Shown here: piece by piece, positions 18,588-30,886 of the stretch | Position numbering within the stretch: position 1 is the stretch's first letter | Layout of the letters: the number at the start of each line of letters is the position of its first letter | Origin: the human T2T-CHM13v2.0 reference genome, Homo sapiens | Assembly (NCBI RefSeq): GCF_009914755.1 | Contig: NC_060934.1 | DNA: 64,000 nt | Direction: 5' to 3' (one strand) | Notes under the pieces: model-generated | What the model was told of the DNA's origin: nothing | The model's input: the letters and a program-made list of their open reading frames with translations, nothing else | The model's database searches: none | Made by a program: the position numbers and the translations under genes

Positions 18588-18688
18588 TCTTCCCCAGAAT
18601 GGAGCGTGCAGCCTGGCCCCAACAGCCGCAGCATGAAACGCCGTGGCAAGTTCTCTGCAGCAGGGTCTGTCCCTTCTTGCAGCAGCTA
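18588..18688 (-). pseudogene. IL9R-like alternative 5' exon
   Basis: cctttccag|TAGCTGC...GGGAAGA|gtgag, 101 nt. Translates SCCKKGQTLLQRTCHGVSCCGCWGQAARSILGK, matching the recalled alternative N-terminus of an IL9R isoform (..NCCKNGQTLLQRTCHGVSCCGWWFQAARSILGK..). Confidence 0.8.
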
Positions 18689-19730
18689 CTGGAAAGGTGG
18701 GAATGGGGAAGACAGTCAGCCTGCTCTTGGGATATCTGAGGGCAGGGTTGGAGTCACCACCAGGACCTGGGGAAGCACAGGCACAACGGCCACAGCTGAG
18801 AGCTGACCCAGGCCCCAGGATGGCCGACCGCTGCCCCAGCAGTGGAGAAACACCCACGTCGGTGTAGAATCAGGCCAGGCCAGCCACAGGCTAACCCAGG
18901 AGCAGACGGCTTGAGAGCAGGGAGTGGGGCGGCTCCAAGCTCAGCAGGCCTCATTTCTAGACAGGGAGAGGGGATGGTAGGGCAGGACCCACATGTGACA
19001 CCTGAGAGCTACAAAGGAGGAGGCCAGGACACCCCCTGGGGGAGCACTGGAGTGTTGGGTACAGCAACAAGGCAATATGGCCGTCTGAGGGGAAGGTCTC
19101 TGCTTTTCCTCTGCACTGAAAACTTACATCTGTACCTGGTAAGCTGAGCAGGGCAGGGTTACCACCCTCCTGCAGATGAGGAAACTGAGGCTCAGAGACC
19201 TGGGACCTGCCCAATACCTGGCTGCTGACACCTCTGTTCTTAGCACATTCCTACCAGCTTCTACACAAGCCAGTGAACTTCCTGAGGGCAGTGCCTGCGA
19301 GGCACCACTCAGCACATGCCCCAGCAGAAGGCACCACAGTGCTTTATAAAGGGGGTGGAGCTGCAGGCAGAGCTGCCTTCCCCCATCCTTGACCACAGGG
19401 CCAGGCAGTCAGGGCACGTGCACACACCCAGACCTGCAGGCTCCCTGCTCGTGGATGTCACTAGGAGGCAGAGGTTGCAATGAACTGAGATGGTGAGATG
19501 ATGCCACTGCACTCAAGCCTGGGTGACGAGCAGGACCCCTGCCAAAAAACAAAGCCAGCAGGTCTGGGCTAACCTTTAATTTCTTCTTCTATGAAGTGAG
19601 ATAATTGGACAAGACATCTTTTACAGGCAGCTCTAAAAGATTACAATGCTGGGATAATTGGGAAAGACCTACACTCTAAGAATCTGCCTTAGAGTGTAAG
19701 ACCTACACTCTTTCCAGGGACAGCCCTGAG

Positions 19731-19990
19731 GTAGACAGGCTCTCTAGAAGGTGGACAGGCTCTCTAGAAGGTGGACAGTCTCTCTAGAAGGTAGACAGGC
19801 TCTCTAGAAGGTAGACAGGCTCTCTAGAGGGTGGACAGGCTCTCTAGAAGGTGGACAGGCTCTCTAGAAGGTGGACAGGCTCTCTAGAGGGTGGACAGGC
19901 TCTCTAGAAGGTGGACAGGCTCTCTAGAAGGTAGACAGGCTCTCTAGAAGGTGGACAGGCTCTCTAGAAGGTAGACAGGCTCTCTAGAAG
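19731..19990. repeat. 20-bp minisatellite x13 (GTRGACAGGCTCTCTAGARG)
   Basis: 13 near-identical units counted. Confidence 0.97.
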
Positions 19991-20186
19991 GTGGCCAGAA
20001 GGGGCTGTTCTTCCTGGCCAATCAGAACTGATCACTGGTGTTTCTGGATTTGCCTCCCAAGATAAGATAACCCCAGAGCAAAGAACATTATAAAGCTTTA
20101 CAGTAAATTATTCTACAACTAGCTCAATTTCTCATTATTCATCACCAACTTGAAACAAAATCCCAACCTTGGGAAAACACACATTC

Positions 20187-20189
20187 ACT

Positions 20190-20226
<37 letters not shown>
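20187..20226. repeat. (CA)n microsatellite
   Basis: Direct reading. Confidence 0.95.
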
Positions 20227-20228
<2 letters not shown>

Positions 20229-21781
20229 CTGCTGGGAGGTGGGTGGCATAGGGTTTTTCTTAAACAACTAAACAGTAGCAGGCCATTTGTGTAGATTGCT
20301 GATATATTGAAAATATCATTCATCCAAGCTACGACTGACAAAAAGAATAATACATACCTGAGACATACTTGTACTATGTCCTAGGGCTCTTTACATATTC
20401 AGAGCTAAAAATAATACATGGATGGAAACTGTTGCTTAAGAATCTTTCCCAGTAATGTTAACATATTAAGCTACTAGGAAAGGAGAGAGATTTTCCTGTC
20501 TAGCAAGAAAATGATTGCGTGGTCTGATTTATACAGAATAAATGTGTCTTCAAATTTAGTCTCTACCTCTTCATGCTGCTCTTTGAAACACTGGATTCAC
20601 ATATGCAACATCATGTGCAAATAAGTGTTTTCTGAAAATCTCATTTTAATTGCTTTTTTAAAAGAGACAAGATCTATCTTGCCCAGGCCACAGTGTTATT
20701 CACAAACACAATCATGCACTGTAACCCCAAACTCCCAGGCTCAAGTAATCTTCCCACCTCAACCTCCCAAGTAACGTAGATAGGACTACAGGCACATGCT
20801 CCCAGCCTGCTACTTTCTTATTTAGCAACCTCTTAATCTTAAAATGAGAGCAGAGTATCCCTCATCAACTGCTAGGAAATAAAGATGGTGTGTCATGTCA
20901 TATTCAAATATAAAGAAGAAATATATTTCTATAAGGTTAATAATTAAAAAAATAACATATCTAGCTAAATAAAATAAATTATTTGCACACGGGTCCAGGA
21001 TATTAAAACAACTAAAAAGCAGAGAGAATTATTCCAACTTTTTTTAGTGTTGCAAAATGATATTTTCAAAGCAACTTAACTTTTAAAGTTATCTTCAGTT
21101 ACCAAAACTACTCAATTTTCCAAACTTCCAGATAAAGGTTACTCTTTAAAAGGCTATTTTTCCGGTTAATTCTCAGCACACACATGCTTTCTATTTGCAC
21201 AATATTCTTAGGTGCTCTTGGCACACTAACACTGCAATGCCCTTATTCTGTGTGCTCTGAAGTCTTTAGAGGCTGCCCTTGTAGACAAAATATATGCAGA
21301 TGCAATCTCATCCCTAGTGTTTACCCTCTTTCCTGAACCTTGGTCATGATGTGCTTCCTGTAAGCATTCTCTTTCTAAAACTTCACAAGTGGGTAATGAA
21401 TTTCTAATCCTCAATGCATGGCCTGTAGTACTTCACAGGAAGTACATAAACAACTACTATCCTCAAATTTTCATCTGCAACATCATTTACAAAGACCATC
21501 ACTGTTTTACAACCTAGTGGTCTCACTCAAAATAAGTTTGCTATGTCTAAGTACTCTAAACAAGTGATTTGGTGTGTAGACATTATATATAAATATCGAT
21601 CTCCTCACTCCTTTATTCACTTGGACATAAATGTTCTGTTTACTGTTTGTAAGGCATACACAGAGATGAATAAAATACAGACTGTGCCCTTGGTATTATG
21701 GACTCAACACAGAAACAGACATATAAACAATTTTAACACGTGAATTTGAGTTGTGTTGTGTGCTCTTAAAGAATGCCTTCT

Positions 21782-22227
21782 GGCTGGGTGCAACGGCTCA
21801 TGCCTGTATTCCCAGCATTTTGGGAGGCCAAGACGGGTGAATCGCTGGAGCTCAGGAGTCTGAGACCAACCTGGCAACATGGTGAAACCCCATCTGTACC
21901 AAAAATACAAGGCCAGGCATAGTGGCTCACACCTGTAATCCCAGCAATTTGGGAGGTCGAGGCAGGTGGATCACTGGAGATCAGGAGTTTGAGACCAGCC
22001 TGGCCAACATGATGAGACCCCGCCTCTACTAAAAATGCAAAAATTAGCCAGGTGTGGTGGTGCACACTTGTAATCCCAGCTACTCAGGAGGCTGAGGCAC
22101 AATAACTGCTTGAACCCGGGAGACAGAGGTTGCAGCGAGCCAAGATTGCACCACTGCACTCCAGTCTGGGCAACAGAGTGAGACTCTGATTCCAAAAAAA
22201 AAAAAAAAAAAAAATTTAGCCAGGCAT
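21782..22227 (+). mobile_element. Alu left arm with a full AluS (21911-22213) inserted in its linker
   Basis: Left arm ends aaaaataca, followed by a complete Alu and then aatttagccaggcat. Confidence 0.85.
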
Positions 22228-23560
22228 TCTTACAGGATCCTTGGGGTGTCACTTTTCTGGCTGGAAACCTTTGTGGCCAATGGCGCCTTTCCTTGAATTT
22301 TGCTGAGGCCCACTGGGCTCATTCTGCTCACTCGGCCTGGCAGGCTGCATTTGGCTCATGCTCCCAGCCTGGATCTCCTGCCTGCCAAGGGCGAGCCAAC
22401 CATGGAGTGGTGAGAGGTGTTATGAGTGAGTGAGCGTGGGTTCTGGCCATTGCACACAGTCAAGTATGCTGCAGTGGGGCAGGCAGCTCCAGGTGCCAGC
22501 GCGGGTGCTGGCTGTCTATGAGGCTGTGGCTGGACCAAGTGCACTGCCAGCAGCTTCCACAGCTGGAACTAAGGAATGCAGTGGCACCACGAAGCTTGGA
22601 GACTTCAGGAACCATAGGGCCCCAAAGAGGGAGTCACAGCCCTGGCGTGGGGAGCTCCCAGGTCCGGGCACCCTGAAGGGCCACAGAATTTCTCTCCTTC
22701 TCTTTGCCTGCAATGTGGCAAGCAAGGGGCGTATTTAAGCCCTGTTTGTCTTACAGCTCTTTCAGTCCTGCTATTTGGGAGGTCCTGAGTTCTTGTCCTG
22801 TGTCCAGGAAGAATGTGGTATGTGGACAAGTGGAGGGCGTGCAAGGTGAAAAGGAGCTTCATTGAGTGACAGAATAGCTCAGAGGAGGCCCTGGAGTGGA
22901 CAGTTCCTCTCTGCAGCTGGTTGTCCTAATGCCTGCACAGCTCTAGCTGAACCGGGAGCTTTTATGGGCCTCAGAGGGGAGGAAGTGCGCACTGATTTGT
23001 CCATGTGTGGCCATGGGTGGCCCGGAAAAAGGCACCACAAGTTCCCATTTTGATCCATGGGATTGGCAGCACACTCACCAGCCTTAAGGTCCTCCCTGGC
23101 CTGAAGGTGGGGCTTCACTGGGGACCCACCAACTTCTGCCCAGGAACCTGTTTGCCTCCTGCTGCTGTTCATGGCACCCATGCTATAGGTGCCAAGGTGT
23201 GCCTGCACGCCAGCACCAAGCTGCCCTCAGCTCCCCTTGGCTTCCCTCCAATGCTTATCGACACCCAAACTCTGTAGTGGGCCAAGGCTGGGGGCTGGCG
23301 TGTCAGCACTGCCCTGAGTGTGTGCACACCTGGCTGGGCTGTGAGAGTGTCTGCTCTGAGACTGGAGCAGGCACTGACAGCAGGGAGAAGCCAGGTAGTG
23401 GGAGCACACACATCCAAGCCTGTGAGGGAAAGGGGGCCTTCCTGGGGGCCCCCAAGAGTGCAGGGATGCCTGGGTCCACAGCCGTGGTTTGGGCAGCTGC
23501 AGCTGTGCCTGGGGGGACAAGGCTCTTGTCTGCTCCATGGACTGGGAGGCACAGGTCTGC
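22228..23560 (-). mobile_element. MER52-family LTR, truncated
   Basis: Begins ttacaggatccttggggtgtcacttttctgg and is colinear with 34741-36527, but lacks that copy's ..gccatca end. Confidence 0.85.
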
Positions 23561-24703
23561 AGATACGATATCTGGATATGATACCCTTTTAAATGTGTCC
23601 TAACTTTTATATGACACTGTTTAAAGTGACCCATATGGCATCATTAATGTCATTAATTAATTCATTGTAGAAAATATATGAACCAGTAACCTATGACTCG
23701 CTGACATTTTAATAAATCTCTAATATCCACAGCATTCCTTGGACACTAGGAAGAATAAGAAAATGAGAGCTTGTTAAAGTAACAGAAGCCAACCTCCCTC
23801 ACACAGTCAATGATATCTGGACTCCTTGCTTCAATGTTCCTCTTATGCAAAGAAAGAAAAACACAAAGGAATAGAGTTGATGGTGTAGCCATTGTTAGGA
23901 AACTTAAAATTGTCAGTTTCAACCTTCACTGAACTTGAAAAATGTACTATTTTTAGTCACATTTCCTATGTCAGTCAAACTGGTTTCACCAGTTTTTCCT
24001 CTACTCAGAATCCAGGTAGGCCTAAATCAGAAATGCTTCTTGTCGACACATATAAGAGTCCCCGAACACCCATCCAAATGTTCACCATGAAGTATGAATA
24101 ATGCCTGAGAAAGCAAAACCAAACAAATTGGTTCCCACTAACAGTAAATTTAAAGTAATTGAGAAACATGGTCAGTTTTGTACACAAAAATTAGGGTAAA
24201 ATGTTGAATACAACAGGAGATAAAGTTAGAGCATTTTAAATAAACACAAGAAAAAACAAGCCAACTAAAGTAAAAATATATAAAAATGTAGTGAGATTGA
24301 CCACGTGTTCACAATTGTTAAACTTGGATAAGAGGTACATGAAAATGAATCACTCCCTCTCTTCACCGACTTTTATGTTTGCAATTTTCCATAATTAAAA
24401 GATGGAGAAAATAAATCTGAAAAATCCAATTTGTGTTTCTTTAAGGTCTTCTTTAAACAACTAAATATAAAAATAGAAAATTGTTAGAATACATATAAAA
24501 ACAAGATGCATTATACCATAAATTTTCTGGGGGAAATTAATACAGAACAGAATATTGAATTAATCTCAGGGGAAAAAAGACCACCAATTAACCATGAAAA
24601 TGTTGTGACTCTTAATGGATAAGTTCAGTCATTTTTTTTAGCTTTTAACCGGACAAAAAAAGAAAGAAATGTCATTCTGCAAAATTTGCGTGTTGGTTTA
24701 AAC

Positions 24704-24710
24704 ACATACA

Positions 24711-24749
<39 letters not shown>
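24704..24749. repeat. (CA)n microsatellite
   Basis: Direct reading. Confidence 0.95.
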
Positions 24750-24751
<2 letters not shown>

Positions 24752-25556
24752 CATTCTGCAAAACAGGAGAGGGGATCCCTAGGAAATTTTAAATAAGTAG
24801 TTTTACATAAGTTATTTGCAAAAGTTGGTTTGTCTACAAAGCCAGTTATTTTTTTAAATTGCTGAGTGCTAGGAAACAGTAATTACTTCTAAAAAGCAAA
24901 TACGGTACTAATTCAAAGACAAAAATGAAGGTTTTGTTTAAAATGATATTAAACCGAATCCAATTTAAATACCTTAATAAAATTATGTGTGGTAGAAAAC
25001 TTCTGGAAATGGACTTAAACTAAAAATAATAAATAATAGTGAAATGTTAAAGAACAAACCAGGTCTAAAAATGAAGAGATTTTCTTAGTAAAATCACAAT
25101 ATTAGTGGGGTAGAGGAAACCCTAGTATACATGATCCACTATTTGGTCTAAAATACAATATAGATACTATCTCAGGGAACTTTGTTTTAAAATTGAATCT
25201 ACTGGGATATAAACTCTGTATTAAGGGATGGCTGCTCAGTGAAGGACCTTAAGCTGAATAATGAGTGTAGCTTGTTAAAGAAAAGCAAAATAAAAGGCTT
25301 CTGGCTTTAGGAAAATAATAAAGTCATGAGACTACATGTTTATTCTCAGAAGTTCCCTTTTGTATGATAAAAGCACAAATTCCTTCCCTGTCCCCAGGGC
25401 TTTCTTTCTACTTTGTTCTTTAGCACCCCAGGACCCTGTCTTTAACCTAACATCCAATTCTAACCAGAATCTTCTATGTCCTGAATTAATCTTGTCAACT
25501 TCTTAAAGCTATTTTTGTTTAGACAGAAGATTTACTTAAAAGAAATTTTCTGACTA

Positions 25557-28500
25557 GGTATTAGTTAGTTTTCACACTGCTATAAAGAACTACCTGAGAC
25601 TGGGTCATTTATAAAGAAAAGAGGTTTAATTGAGTCACAGCTCTGCATGGCTAGGGAGGCCTCAGGAAACTTACAATAATGGCATAAGGTGAAAGGGAAG
25701 CTAGGCACGTCTTACAGGGCAACAGGAGAGAGAGAGGAGGAATTTGCCACACACATTTAAATCATCAGATCTCATGAAAACTGCCTCACTATCATGAGAA
25801 CAGCATGGGGGAACCACTCCCATGATCCAATCACCTTCCACCAGGTCCCTTCCTTGACACATGGGGATTACAATTTGAGATGAGATTTGGGTGAGGCACA
25901 GAGCCAAACTATATCACTCTATCCCTGGCCCCTCCAAAATCTCATGTCTTTCTCACGTTTCACAACACAATCATGCCTCCCCAACAGTCCCCCAAAGCCT
26001 TAACTCATTCCAACATTAACTCAAAAGTCCAAGTCCAAAGTCTCATCTGAGACAAGGAAAGTCCCTTCTGCCTATGAGCCTGTAAAATCAAAAGCAAGTC
26101 AGTTACTTCCAAAATACAATGGGGGTACAGGCATTGAATAAATGCTCCCATTCCAAATGAGAGTAATTGGCTAAAACAAAGGGGCTACAGGTCCCATACA
26201 AGTCCAAAACCCAACAGGGCAGTCATTAAATCTTTTCTAATTTTAATTTTTATTTTATTTGAAGTTCTGGGGTACATGTTCAGGATGTATAAGTTGGTTA
26301 ATAAACATTTTAAAAGACATTCTGACAGGTGAGAGATGATATCTCATTGTGGTTTTAATTTTAATTTCTCTAGTGATTAGTAATGCTGAGCATTTTTTCA
26401 TATAGCTGTTAGCTATTTGCATGTCTTCTTTTAAGAAATGGTTTTATCACTGGAATGCAAGGATGGTATGCCAATATGATATTTGCAACATATGCAAATC
26501 AATAAATGTGACATGCCACATTAACAGAATTTAAAGACAAAAACCATATAATGATCTCATTCGATGCCAAAAACCATTTGACAAAATTTAATATCCTTGT
26601 ATGATAAAAACTCTTATCTTCCATTCTCTAAGCAAAGAGAGAGAGAGAGAGATGAAAAAAACCTTTCACCAGATTAGACATAGAAGGCGTGTACCTCTTT
26701 AAGGATACCCCTGAGTGCAATTTTTTTGAAGAAGAAAAAGAACTGTAACTCAACACAATAAAGTTCATTTATGAGAAGCCAACTGCTAACATCATACTTA
26801 CAGCTTGTCCTGTAAGATCTGGAACAAGACAAGGATTTCTACTGTCTTAGTCTGTTTGTGTTGCTCAACAAAATGCCTGAGGCCAGGTCATTTATAAGGA
26901 AAAGAAGCTTATTTGGCTCACATTTCTGCAGGCTGTACAAGCATGGTGCCAAATCTAGGGCAGTCATTAAATCTTAAAGCTCCAAAGTAATATCCTTTGA
27001 CTCCATGTCCCACATACAGGGCATGCTGATGCAAAAGGTGGGCTCTCAAGGCCTTGAGAAAAATCCATTTTCTGGGAAGAAACTCAAGCCAGGTTTAGAA
27101 ATTTGCATATGATTTGGACAGCTCTGCCCCTGTGGCTCTGCAGGGCACAGCCCCTGCAGCTGCTTTCATGGGCTGGTGCTGAGAGCCTGTGGCTTTTCCA
27201 GGTGCACGGTGCAAGCTGTCAATGGAACTACCATTCTGCAGTCTGGAGGATGGTGACCCTCTTCTCACAGCTCAACTAGGCAGTGCCCCTGTGGGGGCTC
27301 TGTGTGGGGGCTCCAACACCACATTTCATTTCTGCATTGCCTTAGTAGAGGTTCTCCATGAGGGCTCCACCCCTGCAGCAGACTTCTGCCTAGGCATTCA
27401 CTTGTTTCCATACATCCTCTGAAATCTAAGCAGATGCTTCTAAAGCTCAGTTCTTGCCTTCTACACACCTGCAGGCCCAACACCACGTGTAAGCCATTAA
27501 AGCTTGGGGCTGGCACCCTCTCAAGCTATGGCCCAAGCTGCACCTTGGCCCCTTTTAGCCACAGCTGGAACTGGAGTGGCTGAGATGCAGGGCACCAATT
27601 CTCAAGGCTGCACAGAGCAGTGGGGTCCTGGACCTGGCCCACACAACCATTTTTTCCTCTTAGGCCTCCAGGCCTGTGATGGAAGGGGCTGCTGTGAAGA
27701 TCTCTGACATGCCCTGGAGACATTTTCCCCATTGTCTTGGTGATTAATATTTGGCTTCTCTTAACTTAGGCAAATTAAGCTGCAGCCAGCTTGAATTTCT
27801 CCCCAGAAAATGGGTTTTTCTTTTCTATCACATGGTCAGGCTGCAAATTTTCCAAACTTTTATGCTCTGCTTCTCTTTTAAACATAAGTTACAATTTCAG
27901 ATCATCTCTGTGTGAATGCATATGACTGTATGCTTTCAGAAAAAGCCAAGTCACATCTTGAATGCTTTGCTGCTTAGAAATTTCTTCTGCCAAACACCCT
28001 AAATCATCTCTCTCAAGTTCAAAGTTTCACAGATCTCTAGGAGAGGGGCACAATGCCACCATTGTCTTTGCTAAAGCATAGCAAGTGTGACCTTTAGACC
28101 AGTTCCCAATATGTTCCTCATCTTCATCTAAGACCACCTCAGCCTAGATGTTCATTGTCCATATCACTAGCATTTTGGTCAAAGCCATTCAACAAGTCTC
28201 TAGGAAATTCCAAACCTTCACATCTTCCTGTCTTCTTCTGAGGCCTTCAAACTGATCCAATTATCCAGTTCCAATGTCATGTCCTGTTACCCAATGTCTG
28301 CCTGTTACCCAGTTCCAATGTCACTTCCACATTTTCAGGTATCTTTATAGAAATGTCCCACTTCTCTCAATACCAATTTTCTGTATTAGTTTGTTTCACA
28401 CTGCTATTAAGAACTACCTGAGACTGTCACTTAGAAAGAAAAGAGTTTTAATTGACTCACAGTTCTGCATGGCTGGGTAGGCCTCAGGAAATTTACAATC

Positions 28501-28733
28501 ACAGTGGAAGGCAAAGGAGAAGCAAGGTGCATCCTACATGGTGTCATGAGGGGGCAGGGGGATCATACAACCTTTAAACCATCAGATTTCGTGAGAAGTC
28601 ACTCACTATCATGAGAACAGCATGGGGGAACCACGTCCATGATCAAATCACCGCCCACTAGGTCCCTCCCTTGACATGTGGGGATTACAATTTCAGATGA
28701 GATTTGGGTGGGGACAAGAGTCAAACCATATCA
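25557..28733 (-). mobile_element. MaLR provirus (MSTA/THE1-type): LTR 25557-25916, internal region, LTR 28382-28733
   Basis: Two paralogous LTRs (.gtattagtt.gtttt?cacactgctat.aagaactacctgagactg..aaa.catatca) flank MST/THE1 internal sequence; TSD GACTA/GACCA. Confidence 0.9.
26235..26956 (-). mobile_element. Composite retro-insertion (L1 3' end, L1 ORF2 pieces in both orientations, MST-type LTR fragment)
   Basis: Perfect 19-bp direct repeats AGGGCAGTCATTAAATCTT (26216-26234 and 26957-26975) and a T-rich tail at the left end. Confidence 0.8.
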
Positions 28734-29004
28734 GACCAATTTCTTTGAAGATCCCTAATTTAAAAGAAAGAAAAGCATACTTAAGAAGCAACTAAATAAT
28801 TCAGTGATTCTCACGAATAGGCCTAAAGGAAAACTTATGAGTATGCCTGAGTGTTTATAGATGGTAATATATTTTGCGCATTGAGGGTTGATACACATGT
28901 ATGTATGTATGTACTCTTGATTTTAAGAATTAGTGTTAGTATTGTCTTCTTTCTAAATACCTTTCCTAAGTGATTTTATCCATTCTCTTTATTTAAACAC
29001 CTAC

Positions 29005-29228
29005 TGTAAACAAAAAATAAAATTCTAAGCTCCCCAACCATCTGAATGGCATTTCCTCTTTGCCAAGGGTATCCTAAAGTTAACCTGTAAAACGAGTTCA
29101 GGCTATGATGGGAAGGGAGAGTTGGACATGTCTTATTACCATTAACATCAACACAGACCTTAAGACTGTTAGGACAGACTCTTTAAGCCTGATAGGAAAC
29201 ATTTGCCATCTATTCTCTCTGAAGCCAC
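29005..29228 (+). mobile_element. MER4-family LTR 5' fragment
   Basis: tgtaaacaaaaaataaaattctaagctcccc..aacatcaacacagaccttaag; similar to 33540-33790. Confidence 0.75.
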
Positions 29229-29244
29229 AATGTATTTCAAAAAG

Positions 29245-30886
29245 TATAGGTTAAGGGTGTATCTTCTGGACCCTCCCGGCTGGGATGACTAGGTCTGAAG
29301 TGACTAATCCACTCCAGCATCCCAATCTCCCTAAGCCTTTGGATCCCTCCTCTACATTAAACCGAAGGGGATCAGGCATTTCTAGCTCATTCACAGTGTT
29401 TTTGTTTGTTTGTTTGTTTTTGAGATGGAGTCTCACTCTACCGCCCAGGCTGGAGAGCAGTGGTGCGATCTCAGCTCACTGCAAGCTCTGACTCCCGGGT
29501 TCATGCCATTCTCCTGCCTCAGCCTCCCGAGTAGCTGGGGCTACAGGTACCCACCATCACGCCCAGCTAATTTTTTGTATTTCTAGTTGACATGGGGTTT
29601 TACTGTGTTAGCCAGGATTGTCTCGATCTCCTGACCTTGTGATCTGCCTGCCTCAGCCTCCCAAAGGGCTGGGATTACTGGCGTGAGCCACCGCGCCTGG
29701 CCCCACAGTGGATCTTTTAATCCATATTTCAGCTAACCAAGCAAATAAATGATTAGAGCCTTTTTTAACTCCCTGAGCGGCAACATTAAATGCAGAATCC
29801 CTGCTTAGTGGGCCCAAATTAATAAATTCATCCCGACCCAACGCTATGTTCCTTCCACCATTATCCCACACTCTTAATATCCATTCCCATGCCTGTTCTC
29901 CAGATTTCTGCTTTTTGCATAAATTAGAAAACTCAAGCCGTTCTTTTGGAGTGTACCGCACCTCCTCATGGGTCACACTCTGAGCTTCACCTCTAGGTGC
30001 CCACCAGGACTTTGGTCTAGGGATAGGTCTAGAAGCAAACAAGGGTGTTGCAGGTGGGAAATGAGAAGAATCAACATTGTCTTGCCTGGCAACTGCCTCA
30101 GGGGAGGCCATCGTGGTTGCCTCAGGCACACAGGGTTTATCTCCTCATGCAAAGATGGAAAGGCTGATGGCAGTGTGGGCCGGGGAGGGGATGTTGCCAC
30201 TACTGGGGATAGGGAAGTTGTTTCTTCTGGCAAAAGAGGCTCATCAGATTTCACCAGCTCAGTGTTCCTAGTTTCATCAGGGTCCTCCTGCATGTCCCTA
30301 TTCCAAGTTGCAGGTTCCCATTCTTTTCCAATCAATACCCTCACCTTAACAGCAGACACCTGGCAAGGGTGTGTGTGCACCTTTCATTGCAGGTCAGCCA
30401 CGCACATGATAAGAGCTTGTGTCTGATTTTCCACAATTTCAGCTCTTTCTCTACAGGAGATAAGACTCTTGCTCAGGGCAATCTTAGAAGATTTGAGGCT
30501 CAGTATCTACTTCTGAAGTTGGGAGTTAGAATCCCTGAGTTCATCATTTTCTTTCACTACTTTGGCCAGTGAACTTAGAAGCAACCAATCAACTTCATTA
30601 CATTCCTTGGTTCTCCACATATGGTCAAAAGTATTATGTATAGTGTCACTAAACTCCTTGCCTTTCATGAGCAGTGTATCAGGAGTATCAGACGCATTTA
30701 TTTCGCATAACTCTCTAAACAGTTCATGCCAAGGACTATCGCTGTTCTCCATACTATTAGAAGTAGGGTCCTTAGCATTTTTGGGTCTAATCATACTAAC
30801 CAGCCAACTCCAGAAACCCCAAAACCAATGAAAGACCTCCATCTTTAATATTCTGTTCCTCTAGAACCACTCCTGATACCAAAATC
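29245..30886 (-). mobile_element. HERV-L internal region (leader plus degenerate gag), split by AluY
   Basis: ORF pieces GFWSWLVSMIRPKNAKDPTSNSMENSDSPWHELFRELC, VSAVKVRVLIGKEWEPATWN and YTPKERLEFSNL..AWEWILRVWDNGGRNI are ERV-L gag. A tRNA-Leu type PBS TGGTATCAGGAGTGG lies at 30867-30881. Confidence 0.9.
29399..29702 (-). mobile_element. AluY
   Basis: gcaagctc..ccattctcctgcc..gtgttagccagga diagnostics; CACAGTG on both flanks. Confidence 0.9.

Larger units (their letters stand above)
11321..18688 (-). pseudogene. IL9RP2: Unprocessed interleukin-9 receptor pseudogene (copy identity IL9RP2 inferred from context)
   Basis: Eight exon homologues with AG/GT boundaries translate to IL9R peptides (e.g. 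FTCLTNNNLRIDCHWSAPELGQGSSP, GGTHKCILWGSECTVVLPP, GPLIPPWG..TYLLFKLSPR, TWMGAHGAGVLLSQDCAG..KAWSWTF*). It has frameshifts, a nonsense codon and missing exons 1 and 6. The IL9R pseudogene call is strong; the paralog number is not verified. Confidence 0.93.

Noticed and set aside
11321-18688. Functional IL9R gene
   Set aside because: Exon 1 and the WSXWS exon are missing, and there are multiple frameshifts and a premature stop.
19731-19990. Regular 20-bp repeats as a CRISPR-like array
   Set aside because: Units are contiguous with no unique spacers, there are no cas genes, and the context is mammalian; this is a minisatellite.
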